A stretch of DNA of 64,000 nt from Prolixibacteraceae bacterium (GCA_963663675.1 OY760498.1:3517761-3581760), one strand, 5' to 3'. Shown: positions 9,366 through 19,396, counted from the stretch's first letter. Translations and numbers: made by a program. The notes: generated by a model not told the origin, from the letters alone.

Positions 9366-12287
9366 ATGGTACATTTAAGAACTATTCAAAAAAGTATTCT
9401 GACTAATATCCTTATTCTGACTAACTTAACATGTTTTGCTCAAAAAGCTGACTATACTAAAATGGTGAACCTTTTTATAGGAACGTACAAAGATGGCCAA
9501 ACTTTCCCAGGAGCAGCCTATCCATTCGGCAGTGTACAGTTAAGTCCGGATACAAGAAAAGAGGGGTTACTTTCCTGCGGTGGTTATTATTATCCGGATT
9601 CAATGATCCTGGGATTCAGCCATACACATCTGAGTGGAGTGGGTGAACCAGAATACCGTGATGTACTTTTTATGCCTACTGTCGGAAAAATAAAGTTACA
9701 GTCAGGTAAAGAGGGCATCAGGGGCTCCGGTTATCAGTCTTCCTATATTCACAATGAAGAAAAAGCATGGCCAGGTTACTATTCGGTTGTTTTAAGTGAT
9801 TATAAAGTCAGGGCTGAATTAACAGCGACCCGGCGAGTTGGTTTTCACAGATACACGTTTCCAAAATCAGACAGTTCCAATGTCATCATTGATCTGGCTC
9901 ATCCCAACGGAGCAGAAGAACTGATAATCACAAAAATTAGCGACCGCGAGATAGAAGGTTTGAGGCGGTCACACGGCTGGGCATGGGATCAGTATGTCTA
10001 TTTTGCAGCAAAATTCTCAAAGCCTTTCAAATCATTTCAGATTGCAAAAGATGAGAACATCCTGCCTGGAATTAATTCATGCAAGGGTAAGGATATTAAA
10101 GCAGTAGCCACCTTTTCGACCAAAGACAACGAAACCATTTTAATTAAAGTTGGCATTTCTGCCGTCAGTTGTGAGGGAGCAAGAAAAAATTTAGAGTCAG
10201 AAGTACCGGGATGGAATTTTGATGATATTGCAGCTGAAACAAAGTCGGCCTGGAACAAAGAACTAAGCAGAATAGAGGTTTCAGGAGGGAGAAAAGATGA
10301 TCTTATGCAATTTTACACTTCAATGTACAGGATTTGTGTCTCTCCCAATCTCTTTATGGATGCAGACGGTCAGTACCGTGGAGTTGACCATCAGATACAC
10401 CGGGCCCAGGGTTTTGAAAACTACACTGTTTTCTCGTTATGGGATACATTTCGTGCTTTGCATCCACTATTTACAATCATTGATCAAAAACGAACCGTCG
10501 ATTTTATAAATACCCTCCTCCAAATTTATGATGACGGCGGAAGACTGCCCATGTGGCCTCTGGCAGGCAACTACACGGACGATATGCTTGGCTATCATGC
10601 TATACCTGTAATTGCTGATGCCTACCTGAAGGGTATTCGTGGCTTCGACACCATTAAGGCATTTGAAGCAATGAAGCACAGCGCCGAACTAGACAAACTG
10701 GGTCTGAAATACTATAAACAAATTGGATATCTTCCATGTGACCGCCAGGGAGAATCTGTCTCTAAGACATTGGAATACTGTTATGATGACTGGTGCATCT
10801 CGCAGGTGGCCAAAGCCATGAAGTTTGAAGATGACTACACGGTCTTCCATCAGCGTGCGCATAATTATGAAAATGTTTTTGATGCCTCAACCGGTTTTAT
10901 GAGAGGGAAAACCTTCAAAAGAAGCTGGCTTAAACCATTTGATCCGAAAGTCAATTCTGCCTATTCAGAAGGCAATGCCTACCAGTATATGTTCGTTCCG
11001 CATGACGTAGACGGGCTAAAACAATTGCTAGGAGGTGATAAGAAATTTGCCACGTGGCTGGATACCCTTTTCTTTATGCCGTCAAAAGAAGAACTGAAAA
11101 TTGGGGAATACTGGCACGGCAACGAGCCCGGGCACCATCTTCCTTATCTATATGACTATGTTGGTGAACCCTGGAAAACACAATTTCTAACGCATAAAAT
11201 CCTTACTAAATTGTATAGGAATGAGAAAGATGGTTTAGCCGGAAATGAAGATTGCGGACAAATGTCTGCCTGGTACATTTTAAGTTCACTTGGATTTTAT
11301 CCAGTTGCGCCCGGTCAGAATATCTATGCCATTGGATCTCCCCTTTTTCATAAAGCAATTATTCATCTTGAAAACGGGAAATCTATCCATATTGAAGCGA
11401 GAAACATCTCCCCATCCAATTTTTACATTAAGTCTGCAAAAATAAACGGCAAGGATTATCCTAACTCTTTCCTCCAGCATGACGAACTGATGAAAGGAGC
11501 TGAGATTACTTATTGCATGAGTGCAAAACCTAATAAATACTGGGCCACGAAACCGGAAAACAGACCTTATTCTGAAAATGGGCAAAGTGTCACCAAGCTA
11601 CCATTCATTCGTTCCGGCGACCGGTTATTTATGAAATCCACCAAAATTGAACTCGGCTGTGATACAGAAGGTGCTGAAATCCGATATACAGTTGATGGCA
11701 CAGAACCAAATGAAAAGTCGGAGTTGTACAAAACACCGTTTGACATCGCCCGGACAGCAATAATCAAGATGAGGGCGTATCATAAGGATCATATGCCAAG
11801 CATTAAAATTGAAATTCTTGTCCAAAAAGCTGACTTGATGGATGCAATATTGATTTCAGATGTGGCTCCGGGGTTGGATTATGATTATTTCGAGCGCTTT
11901 TTTGTCCAGGCGACAGATATGGACCTGGTCCGGCCTTTAGCCTCATCTATAACGCCGGATTTTAATATTAAAATGGCCAGATCACCTACTTATTTCGGAC
12001 TTCATTTCCAAGGTTTTGTAAGAATACCGACAGATGGGATCTATACATTTTTTCTCTCATCAAATGATGGTAGTTATCTCTACATCGATGGGAAGGAACT
12101 GATTGAAAATGATGGCAACCATGGTACTGTCGAAGAACCGGGTCAGATAGCATTAAAGGCCGGATATCACGCTATTGAAGTGAAATATATGCAATGCGGA
12201 GGCGCAAAAAGCCTAAATGTTGGTTGGGAAGGTCCGGGATTTACCAGGCAGGAAATACCATCTTCCTCCTTATTCCGAAAACTGTAA
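9366..12287 (+). CDS. GH92 alpha-mannosidase paralogue with the same chitobiase-C-like + PA14 tail, secreted
   Basis: Signal peptide ending CFAQ. Motifs: GQTFPGAAYPFGSVQLSPDT, FSLWDTFRALHPLFTII, HGNEPGHH, GNEDCGQMSAW. Tail: GAEIRYTVDGTEP, then GFVRIPTDGIYTFFLSSNDGSYLYIDG...YMQCGG. Confidence 0.9.
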   Translation: MVHLRTIQKSILTNILILTNLTCFAQKADYTKMVNLFIGTYKDGQTFPGAAYPFGSVQLSPDTRKEGLLSCGGYYYPDSMILGFSHTHLSGVGEPEYRDVLFMPTVGKIKLQSGKEGIRGSGYQSSYIHNEEKAWPGYYSVVLSDYKVRAELTATRRVGFHRYTFPKSDSSNVIIDLAHPNGAEELIITKISDREIEGLRRSHGWAWDQYVYFAAKFSKPFKSFQIAKDENILPGINSCKGKDIKAVATFSTKDNETILIKVGISAVSCEGARKNLESEVPGWNFDDIAAETKSAWNKELSRIEVSGGRKDDLMQFYTSMYRICVSPNLFMDADGQYRGVDHQIHRAQGFENYTVFSLWDTFRALHPLFTIIDQKRTVDFINTLLQIYDDGGRLPMWPLAGNYTDDMLGYHAIPVIADAYLKGIRGFDTIKAFEAMKHSAELDKLGLKYYKQIGYLPCDRQGESVSKTLEYCYDDWCISQVAKAMKFEDDYTVFHQRAHNYENVFDASTGFMRGKTFKRSWLKPFDPKVNSAYSEGNAYQYMFVPHDVDGLKQLLGGDKKFATWLDTLFFMPSKEELKIGEYWHGNEPGHHLPYLYDYVGEPWKTQFLTHKILTKLYRNEKDGLAGNEDCGQMSAWYILSSLGFYPVAPGQNIYAIGSPLFHKAIIHLENGKSIHIEARNISPSNFYIKSAKINGKDYPNSFLQHDELMKGAEITYCMSAKPNKYWATKPENRPYSENGQSVTKLPFIRSGDRLFMKSTKIELGCDTEGAEIRYTVDGTEPNEKSELYKTPFDIARTAIIKMRAYHKDHMPSIKIEILVQKADLMDAILISDVAPGLDYDYFERFFVQATDMDLVRPLASSITPDFNIKMARSPTYFGLHFQGFVRIPTDGIYTFFLSSNDGSYLYIDGKELIENDGNHGTVEEPGQIALKAGYHAIEVKYMQCGGAKSLNVGWEGPGFTRQEIPSSSLFRKL

Positions 12288-12322
12288 AAAAATAGCCCTG
12301 GTAAAACCAGGGCTATTTTTTT
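12286..12322. terminator. bidirectional rho-independent terminator between GH92b and trxA
   Basis: AAAAAAATAGCCCTGG / TAAAA loop / CCAGGGCTATTTTTTT. The A-run and T-run flanks make it usable from both strands. Confidence 0.8.
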
Positions 12323-12338
12323 ACCAGAAGTCAAAAGA

Positions 12339-12656
12339 TTAAAGGAGTGCATCAATTTTAGCGGCGAGAATGGTCTTTGGGACAGCACCTACCTGTTTGT
12401 CAGCAATATCTCCACCCTTAAAAAATAAAATGGTAGGAATATTCCGGATTCCAAATTTGGCAGCCGTTCCAGGATTGGAGTCAACATCCATCTTTGTAAT
12501 AACAGCGCGATCTTTGTACTCGTCTGCCAGCTCTGATACCAGAGGTCCGATCATTCGGCACGGACCGCACCATTCGGCCCAAAAATCAACCAATACTGGC
12601 TTGTCAGACTGAAGAACAATCTCGTCAAAATTTGAATCAGTAACTTCAATGGTCAT
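12339..12656 (-). CDS. trxA: thioredoxin
   Basis: 105 aa, WAEWCGPCR active site, typical thioredoxin length. Confidence 0.95.
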   Translation of the reverse strand: MTIEVTDSNFDEIVLQSDKPVLVDFWAEWCGPCRMIGPLVSELADEYKDRAVITKMDVDSNPGTAAKFGIRNIPTILFFKGGDIADKQVGAVPKTILAAKIDALL

Positions 12657-12714
12657 GATGTATATTTTAAAATTTAATATTAGTTCGAGTTCACAAAGGT
12701 ATAAAATTACGAAA

Positions 12715-15700
12715 TTAATTTATACTAAAGTTTATAAAGCTATGTTTTTGCAAATAGCTTTTTAGTTCCGGGGAGAGTAAAACTCCCTTTGTTCTGGAAA
12801 ACATCTGAATGCGCATATCTGATTCATTGTCAGCTAATACAAATTTGAGGGTTGTTCTGCCCTGGTTATTTGACAGGTGCTGTTCGAGTTCGATAATTGT
12901 ATCCTCAGCAATAAGATCCAATGGGATATCAAGGGTCAAATGCTCTGCTTTCGATGCAAGCTCCTCTAATAATTCCATTTTAGACGGTTTAAACTCAAAT
13001 TCATTGGTGCCGCTCCAACGCTCTGAGACACGTCCACGAACTATCAAAAATAAACCCTTTCTGCAGAATTTGCTAAACGAGACATAATCATTGCCGAACA
13101 ACATAATCTTTATTGCACCATTGTAGTCGGTCAGAACCATGCTGGCGAAATTCTTCCCTGTTTTAGAGATACCCTCCTGAGCTTCAGTCACAATGCCGGC
13201 AAGTGTCAGATCCCGGTTTTTATAGGCCAGCAGGTCAGCACTCAAATCGGACAGGGTGACTCCTTTCGTACAGTAACTGTTGATTTCCAGCTTATAATCA
13301 TCCAGAGGATGCGCAGAAAGGTAGATCCCTATCAGGTTCTTTTCTTTTTCCAGGGCGACAATACTTGGCCACTCCGGAACATTAGGAACAACAGGCAGTT
13401 TAATGGATATTGGCTGAACATCACCAAACAGATTGGCCATTGAACCACCCTTTTCACTTTGAATTTTGTTTCCGTATTTAATCAGTGCTTCAATAAAAGA
13501 AGATCCGTCACCTGTATCCCCAAAAAACTGTGCCCTGTTCATCGTTTGGAAACTGTCAAAGGCACCTGCCATTGCCAGTGCTTCGAGATTTTTTTTGTTG
13601 GTAGATTGCAGGTTTACGCGCTCGACAAGGTCAAAGATGCTCTTGAACTCTCCGTTAAGATCCCGTTCTTTGAGAATATCGGCCACGGCTCCTGCCCCAA
13701 CCCCTTTTATTGCAGTGAGCCCAAATCTCAAGGCTCCGCTTTTATTGACAAAGAAGGAAGCCCTGGATTCGTTGATGTCAGGACCAAGCACCTTCATATC
13801 CATATGGGTGCATTCGTCCATGAAAAGGGAAATTTTGTCGGAATTTGAAAGGTTGCAGCTTAAAACTGCAGCCATAAATTCGGATGGATAATGTGCTTTC
13901 AAATAACCCGTCTGGTAGGCAATGAAGGCATAACAAACAGAATGTGATTTATTGAAGGCGTATGAGGCAAAAGACTCCCAGTCTTTCCAGATTTTTTCAA
14001 TCAGATGATCTGCTGCTCTGCCCAGAACCTTGCACCCTTCAATGAACTGTTCATTTTTTTTACATCCCTCTTTGAAAAGGACCTTAAGTTCGTCCATCAT
14101 TTTTCGGTCCTTTTTCCCCATGGCTTTTCGCAGGGAATCTGACTGTCCCCTGGTAAAATTAGCCAGTGCACGTGCCTGAAGCATCACCTGTTCCTGGTAA
14201 ACAGTTATGCCGTAAGTATCTTTCAGATATGCCGCCATCATTGGATGATCGTAGACAACCTCCTCCCTGCCATGCTTCCTGTTGATGTAAGAAGGGATAT
14301 AGTCCATTGGTCCCGGACGGTACAAGGCATTCATTGCAACAAGATCCTCAAAGCAGTTGGCCTGAAGCTGCTTTAGCCATTTCTTCATACCGGCAGATTC
14401 AAACTGGAATATAGCAGTAGTTTCACCTGCACTGAACAACTCGAATGTTTTGGCATCGTCCATCGGTATACTGTCGATATCAATAACCAACTTTCTTGAA
14501 AGCTTAACATTTTCAAGGCATTCCTTGATAATAGACAAGGTCTTCAGTCCCAGGAAGTCCATCTTCATCAATCCAATGGACTCTACAAAATGCCCGTCAT
14601 ACTGTGTTGTAAGCAAGTCTTCATCCTTTGTTGGCATCAACGGAATATGCATATCAAGCGGATCCCTCCCAATAATGACACCACAGGCATGTACTCCGAA
14701 TTGCCGTACGCAGCCTTCCAATGTCCCTGCAAATTTCAGCATCTGCACCACCATTGGGTTCAGTGAATTTTTCTCCCGTTCCAATAATGGATTTTGTGAA
14801 TAGGCATCCTTCAGGGTGATCTTGGGAGTATCGGGGACTAGCTTTGCAATACGGTCAGTTTCGGGCAAAGGGATCCTCAGCACTCTGCCAACATCACGGA
14901 TGGCCATTTTGGCAGCCATGGTTCCAAAGGTGCAAATATGCGCGACCCTGTCCCTTCCATATTTTTCTTTTACCCAGTCTAAAACCAGTTGCCGGCCATC
15001 GTCATCAAAATCTATGTCGATATCCGGCATTGAAATTCGGTCAGGGTTCAGGAAACGTTCGAAAAGCAGATCATATTTCAGCGGATCAACATTGGTTATA
15101 CCCGTAGTGTAGGCAACCACAGAACCGGCAGCTGAACCCCTCCCTGGACCAACTATGACACCCATCTCTCGGGCTGCATTAATAAAATCCTGTACGATAA
15201 GGAAATATCCCGGGAAACCCATTGTTTTGATTACATGCAGCTCAAAATTGATTCGTTCCATTGTTTCCGGATCAATATCACAGCCATATTTTTCTTCGGC
15301 GCCTTTATAAACCAGTGATTGAAGATAATCTGCTTCAAACTTCACCCGGAGTGCTCCATCATAGCCTCCCAATCTGCTAAAGTCATCACCGAACTCCTCT
15401 TTTAACGCATCAATTGAAAATTTTTCCCGATAATCAGAGGCCGTTCCAAAACTATCAGGAATCGGAAATTCGGGCATAATAGGTTTGGCGTTCAGCTCGA
15501 AGAACTCAACCTTGTCAACAATCTCCTGTGTATTGGATAGTACCTCAGGCATATCTGCAAACAGCTTGTTCATTTCCTCGGTACTTTTCAGCCATTCTTC
15601 TTTCGTGTACTTCATCCGGGTTGGATCGTCAAGATCCTTTCCAGTGTTCAGGCATATTAGCAAATCATGGGCATCAGCATCCTCTTCGTTGACAAAATGC

Positions 15701-16353
15701 ACATCATTTGTAGCAATCAGCTTAATATCATGTTCTTTGGCCAGTTTAACCAATTCATTGTTTACACTAACCTGCTTGTCGTATACATCCCTGCGTAATT
15801 CAGGATCGGCGGCAGGATGACGCTGTACCTCCAAATAAAAATCATCTCCGAAAATAGACTTATACCAGGCAATTGTATCGTTTGCTCCGACAATATCTCC
15901 TTTCATTATAAGCTGCGGAACCTCTCCACCCAAACAAGCAGAAGAGACAATGAGACCTTCGCTGTATTTTTTAAGCAGAGTTTTATCGATCCTAGGCTTA
16001 TAATACATGCCTTCCGTATTGGCAAGGGTAACCAGTTTCAATAGGTTACGGTAGCCTTTCTCGTTTTTTGCAAGCAGAATCAGGTGATCCCCGGACCGGT
16101 CATCCTTCTCATTTTTATCCTTAAACTGAATCCCCCTGGAGGCAACATATGTTTCGACGCCAAGAATAGGTTTTACTCCGTTCTTTTTGCACGTTTCATG
16201 AAAATCCTTTATCCCGAACATATTTCCATGATCAGTCAGGGCAATGGCACTCATACCATCATTTTTTGCCTTTGATACTAGTCCGGCAACGCTGGCTGCA
16301 CCATCCAGAATCGAATATTGACTGTGCACATGCAAATGGGTATAAGGGATCAT
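12715..16353 (-). CDS. dnaE: DNA polymerase III alpha subunit
   Basis: PHP domain start MIPYTHLHVHSQYSILDG at ATG 16353; the TTG at 16383 in the ORF track is 10 codons upstream. Pol III alpha motifs occur throughout (GYFLIVQDFI, PDIDIDF, FESAGM) and there is a C-terminal OB fold. Confidence 0.95.
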   Translation of the reverse strand: MIPYTHLHVHSQYSILDGAASVAGLVSKAKNDGMSAIALTDHGNMFGIKDFHETCKKNGVKPILGVETYVASRGIQFKDKNEKDDRSGDHLILLAKNEKGYRNLLKLVTLANTEGMYYKPRIDKTLLKKYSEGLIVSSACLGGEVPQLIMKGDIVGANDTIAWYKSIFGDDFYLEVQRHPAADPELRRDVYDKQVSVNNELVKLAKEHDIKLIATNDVHFVNEEDADAHDLLICLNTGKDLDDPTRMKYTKEEWLKSTEEMNKLFADMPEVLSNTQEIVDKVEFFELNAKPIMPEFPIPDSFGTASDYREKFSIDALKEEFGDDFSRLGGYDGALRVKFEADYLQSLVYKGAEEKYGCDIDPETMERINFELHVIKTMGFPGYFLIVQDFINAAREMGVIVGPGRGSAAGSVVAYTTGITNVDPLKYDLLFERFLNPDRISMPDIDIDFDDDGRQLVLDWVKEKYGRDRVAHICTFGTMAAKMAIRDVGRVLRIPLPETDRIAKLVPDTPKITLKDAYSQNPLLEREKNSLNPMVVQMLKFAGTLEGCVRQFGVHACGVIIGRDPLDMHIPLMPTKDEDLLTTQYDGHFVESIGLMKMDFLGLKTLSIIKECLENVKLSRKLVIDIDSIPMDDAKTFELFSAGETTAIFQFESAGMKKWLKQLQANCFEDLVAMNALYRPGPMDYIPSYINRKHGREEVVYDHPMMAAYLKDTYGITVYQEQVMLQARALANFTRGQSDSLRKAMGKKDRKMMDELKVLFKEGCKKNEQFIEGCKVLGRAADHLIEKIWKDWESFASYAFNKSHSVCYAFIAYQTGYLKAHYPSEFMAAVLSCNLSNSDKISLFMDECTHMDMKVLGPDINESRASFFVNKSGALRFGLTAIKGVGAGAVADILKERDLNGEFKSIFDLVERVNLQSTNKKNLEALAMAGAFDSFQTMNRAQFFGDTGDGSSFIEALIKYGNKIQSEKGGSMANLFGDVQPISIKLPVVPNVPEWPSIVALEKEKNLIGIYLSAHPLDDYKLEINSYCTKGVTLSDLSADLLAYKNRDLTLAGIVTEAQEGISKTGKNFASMVLTDYNGAIKIMLFGNDYVSFSKFCRKGLFLIVRGRVSERWSGTNEFEFKPSKMELLEELASKAEHLTLDIPLDLIAEDTIIELEQHLSNNQGRTTLKFVLADNESDMRIQMFSRTKGVLLSPELKSYLQKHSFINFSIN

Positions 16354-16536
16354 GGAACGAAATTGTTGACTTATAACTGACAAGAATCCCGGGCAGTAGA
16401 GTTACCTGAGAGGTTTAAAGATAATCAAAGGCCCCATTTAAACAAATGAAACAAACAATTCATGTTAATGTTGCTGAAAACTTTTCCAAAAAATGGACTG
16501 CAAAGGGTAAAGAATCTACCGCATGGATAGTCAAAA

Positions 16537-17238
16537 CTAAATTCCAAAAAGTTTTGTTACCTTGGAAGTACTCATAGCATGGTAAGAATTCCAGGAATCC
16601 TGAAAAATAAAAGCTGACACTTCAAAAATCATATTGTTGGTCATATACCCTTCAAAGCTGTCTGCAGAAACAGGGAAAGACAGATCCGAAGTTGCTACAC
16701 TTGGAATGAGAAAACTGGAATCAAAGATCAGATCCGTTGCAAGTGTTGTGGGATTATCACTATAGATACGCACTTTATAGGCTTCAGCATTTTCAACGGC
16801 CAGCCATTTAACAGTAATATCATTCGTTCCTCTAATAACTTCAAGCTGCCGGGGTGGTGTCAGTGATTTAGCTATTGTTGCATCAGATTTTGTCACTGAG
16901 CCTCCGGTTTGATAAGTCGAAGTGTAAGAATAATCACCCGGACCGGGAACTGTCGTTGTATAGGACGCAGCAGGAATCACCGTATAGAATGAAAAACCAT
17001 CACCTGTAGGATTAGTTGGCTGAATGTTGACCAAAGGTCCATTTACAACAACGCCCGAAAGAGGTTTAAAACTATAGGCGGTATGCATAACGGCATATAC
17101 AGGCTCGTTTGATGCATCGAGTATTGAATGAATATATGAATCAACATAAACATTTTCATCCACCTGTGTTTTGCTGCATGACAGTGATGAGACCGAAACA
17201 ATTACAGCCGTAAAAAATTGTAAAAAAAATTTATTCAT
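16537..17238 (-). CDS. hypothetical lipoprotein with a fibronectin-type-III-like segment
   Basis: Signal peptide with lipobox-like SSLSC. FN3-like LEVIRGTNDITVKWLAVENAEAYKVRIY. No family recognised. Confidence 0.55.
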   Translation of the reverse strand: MNKFFLQFFTAVIVSVSSLSCSKTQVDENVYVDSYIHSILDASNEPVYAVMHTAYSFKPLSGVVVNGPLVNIQPTNPTGDGFSFYTVIPAASYTTTVPGPGDYSYTSTYQTGGSVTKSDATIAKSLTPPRQLEVIRGTNDITVKWLAVENAEAYKVRIYSDNPTTLATDLIFDSSFLIPSVATSDLSFPVSADSFEGYMTNNMIFEVSAFIFQDSWNSYHAMSTSKVTKLFGI

Positions 17239-17520
17239 CGCTGATATATTTTAAATTTTAGCTGACAGAAAATTAATGCTAAATGGCAATTAATCACAAT
17301 TTCATTCTATTGTAATAAATTTCATTTCATGATATGAGTAACACCAAAGTCTAACTAATTATTTTCCAGCTCCTTTGAAGAAAATGAAAATTCTTCATCC
17401 TTTCTGAAAAATATTCTTTGGACAAGAGCACAGTAGCTCAGACCAATGGTTTATTAATCCGAAATTATTCTCCCTTAGAATAATAAGCAATATTACAATT
17501 TTTATTTCAAAGATTTATTG

Positions 17521-17528
17521 TACCTTTG
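17521..17528 (+). promoter_or_regulatory. -7 promoter box TACCTTTG upstream of rpsP
   Basis: Exact TAnnTTTG, 40 nt before the ATG at 17568. Confidence 0.45.
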
Positions 17529-17567
17529 CCCCTCGTTTTTATTAATTAACAATTAAGAGTTAACTGT

Positions 17568-18131
17568 ATGTCAGTAAAGATTCGTTTGGCTAGGCATGGC
17601 CGCAAACAACATGCCTACTACCACATTGTGGTAGCAAACAGCAGGGCGCCACGAGATGGCAGGTTTATTGAAAGGATCGGATCATACAATCCAAACACTA
17701 ATCCTGCAACCATCGATCTTGACTTTGAAAAAGCTATTTCGTGGCTTTACAAAGGTGCTCAGCCTACAGATACAACACGTTCCATTCTTTCACACCAGGG
17801 TGTATTGATGAAAAAGCATCTACTGGACGGAGCAAAAAAAGGAGCTTTCAGTGAAGCAGAAGCTGAACTGAAATTTGAAGCATGGATGAAAGAGAAAGAT
17901 GCCAAGATTCAGGCCTCTAAAGAAAAAATGACCAGTGCTCAGCTGGAAGAGAAGAAAGCCAGGTTAAAAGCCGAAGCTAAAGTGAATGAAGCACGTTTGG
18001 CCGAGATTGCTAAACGCAATGCTGCTATGGCTGCCGCAAAAACACCTGCACCTGTAGAAGAAGCTCCCGTCGCAGTAACTTCTGCTCCGGAGACTGAAGT
18101 TGAAACTGCAGAAGAGAACAGCGAAGCTTAA
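17568..18131 (+). CDS. rpsP: 30S ribosomal protein S16 with long K/E/A-rich C-terminal extension
   Basis: [42 protein letters not shown] is canonical S16. Residues ~90-187 are a low-complexity Ala/Glu/Lys tail. Confidence 0.95.
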   Translation: MSVKIRLARHGRKQHAYYHIVVANSRAPRDGRFIERIGSYNPNTNPATIDLDFEKAISWLYKGAQPTDTTRSILSHQGVLMKKHLLDGAKKGAFSEAEAELKFEAWMKEKDAKIQASKEKMTSAQLEEKKARLKAEAKVNEARLAEIAKRNAAMAAAKTPAPVEEAPVAVTSAPETEVETAEENSEA

Positions 18132-18163
18132 TAAAGTCGGATCCCGTAAAGGGGATAAAGAAT

Positions 18164-18194
18164 AAAAGCGATGGTCGTTAGCCATCGCTTTTTT
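18164..18194 (+). terminator. rho-independent terminator after rpsP
   Basis: AAAAGCGATGG / loop TCGTTAG / CCATCGCTTTT followed by a T-run. Confidence 0.7.
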
Positions 18195-18200
18195 ATTTGC

Positions 18201-18208
18201 TATTTTTG
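18201..18208 (+). promoter_or_regulatory. -7 promoter box TATTTTTG upstream of rimM
   Basis: Exact TAnnTTTG, 21 nt before the ATG at 18229 and directly after the rpsP terminator. Confidence 0.4.
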
Positions 18209-18228
18209 CTTCAAAAATGTGATCACTT

Positions 18229-18768
18229 ATGCTCGGATTAAACAAGCTGGATTTCTTCCCGATAGGAACCATCCTTAAGCCTCACGGTTTAAAAGGAGAG
18301 ATGATTCTGGAGGTTGAGGACGGATACGAGGATTATCTGACTGAGCAGGAATACCTTATGGTCGAAATTGAAGGAGGACTCGTACCTTTCTTTGTAAGTG
18401 AGGAGAGCCTTAATTTCCGGACTCCAACTTCACTCTCCGTGGCATTTGACGATTACGACTCCACCGAAAAGGTACGCCCCTTGTGCGGATGCAAAATCTA
18501 CCTGCACAAAGATGTCAGCCAGGATGAAAACGACTTCAATGATTTCATGGAGTTGCAGGGATATACTGTTTTTGATAAAGTAAAGGGCAAACTGGGAAAC
18601 ATCATTCAGATCGATAATTATTCAGGGAATGTGGTTTTGACTATTGAACATCTTGCCCATGAAGTATTGATACCACTTTCCGAAAACCTGATAACAGGGA
18701 TTCTGGAGGACAAACATGAACTACACCTGGACTGCCCGGAAGGACTTATCGATTTATATCTTGAATAA
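18229..18768 (+). CDS. rimM: 16S rRNA processing protein RimM
   Basis: FPIGTILKPHGLKGEMIL N-terminal motif, PRC-barrel-like C-terminus, position after rpsP. Confidence 0.85.
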   Translation: MLGLNKLDFFPIGTILKPHGLKGEMILEVEDGYEDYLTEQEYLMVEIEGGLVPFFVSEESLNFRTPTSLSVAFDDYDSTEKVRPLCGCKIYLHKDVSQDENDFNDFMELQGYTVFDKVKGKLGNIIQIDNYSGNVVLTIEHLAHEVLIPLSENLITGILEDKHELHLDCPEGLIDLYLE

Positions 18769-18818
18769 TGCTGTCCACCCGAAATATCAAACAATAAAAA
18801 CCTATAAAGAATCAGATT

Positions 18819-19388
18819 TTGTATACACAGGAAGATTTAAAAAAAGCATTGGAGGTCCTGAAACAGGGAGGTGTAATATTATATCCGACAGACACAGTCT
18901 GGGGTTTGGGTTGCGATGCCACCAATCCGGAGTCGGTTAAACGTATTTTTGAAATCAAACAGCGTGAGGATGTAAAAAGCATGCTGATACTCATTGAGAA
19001 TCAAAATATGCTTAGCTCTTATGTAAGTGAAGTACCGGAAGTAGCCTGGCAGTTGATTGATGTTGCGGACAAGCCTCTGACAATTATTTATCCCGGGGCA
19101 AAAAATCTCGCTAAAAATCTGATTGCGCCTGACGGTTCGATCGGTATAAGAGTAACCTCTGAAATTTTCACAGAGCAATTGATTCAGCGCTTTCGCAAAC
19201 CTGTTGTCTCTACTTCTGCCAACCTTTCAGGGAAACCGACTCCTCAAAATTTTGATGAAATAGCAGAAGAGATTAAATCTGCTGTTGATTATGCGGTTCT
19301 ATATCGCCAGGATGAGAAGGTTCGTGTATCACCGTCTTCCATCATCAAACTTGGAACAGGTGGCGAAATACAAATTATCAGACCTTAA
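18819..19388 (+). CDS. tsaC: L-threonylcarbamoyladenylate synthase, short YrdC/TsaC type
   Basis: GGVILYPTDTVWGLGCDATN and VSTSANLSGKP motifs. TTG start only. Confidence 0.85.
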   Translation: MYTQEDLKKALEVLKQGGVILYPTDTVWGLGCDATNPESVKRIFEIKQREDVKSMLILIENQNMLSSYVSEVPEVAWQLIDVADKPLTIIYPGAKNLAKNLIAPDGSIGIRVTSEIFTEQLIQRFRKPVVSTSANLSGKPTPQNFDEIAEEIKSAVDYAVLYRQDEKVRVSPSSIIKLGTGGEIQIIRP

Positions 19389-19396
19389 TAAATTCC

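Noticed and set aside
12809-16275. Plus-strand ORFs of 63-141 aa antisense to dnaE.
   Set aside because: dnaE motifs run continuously on the minus strand. The antisense ORFs show no family motifs and are typical shadow ORFs.
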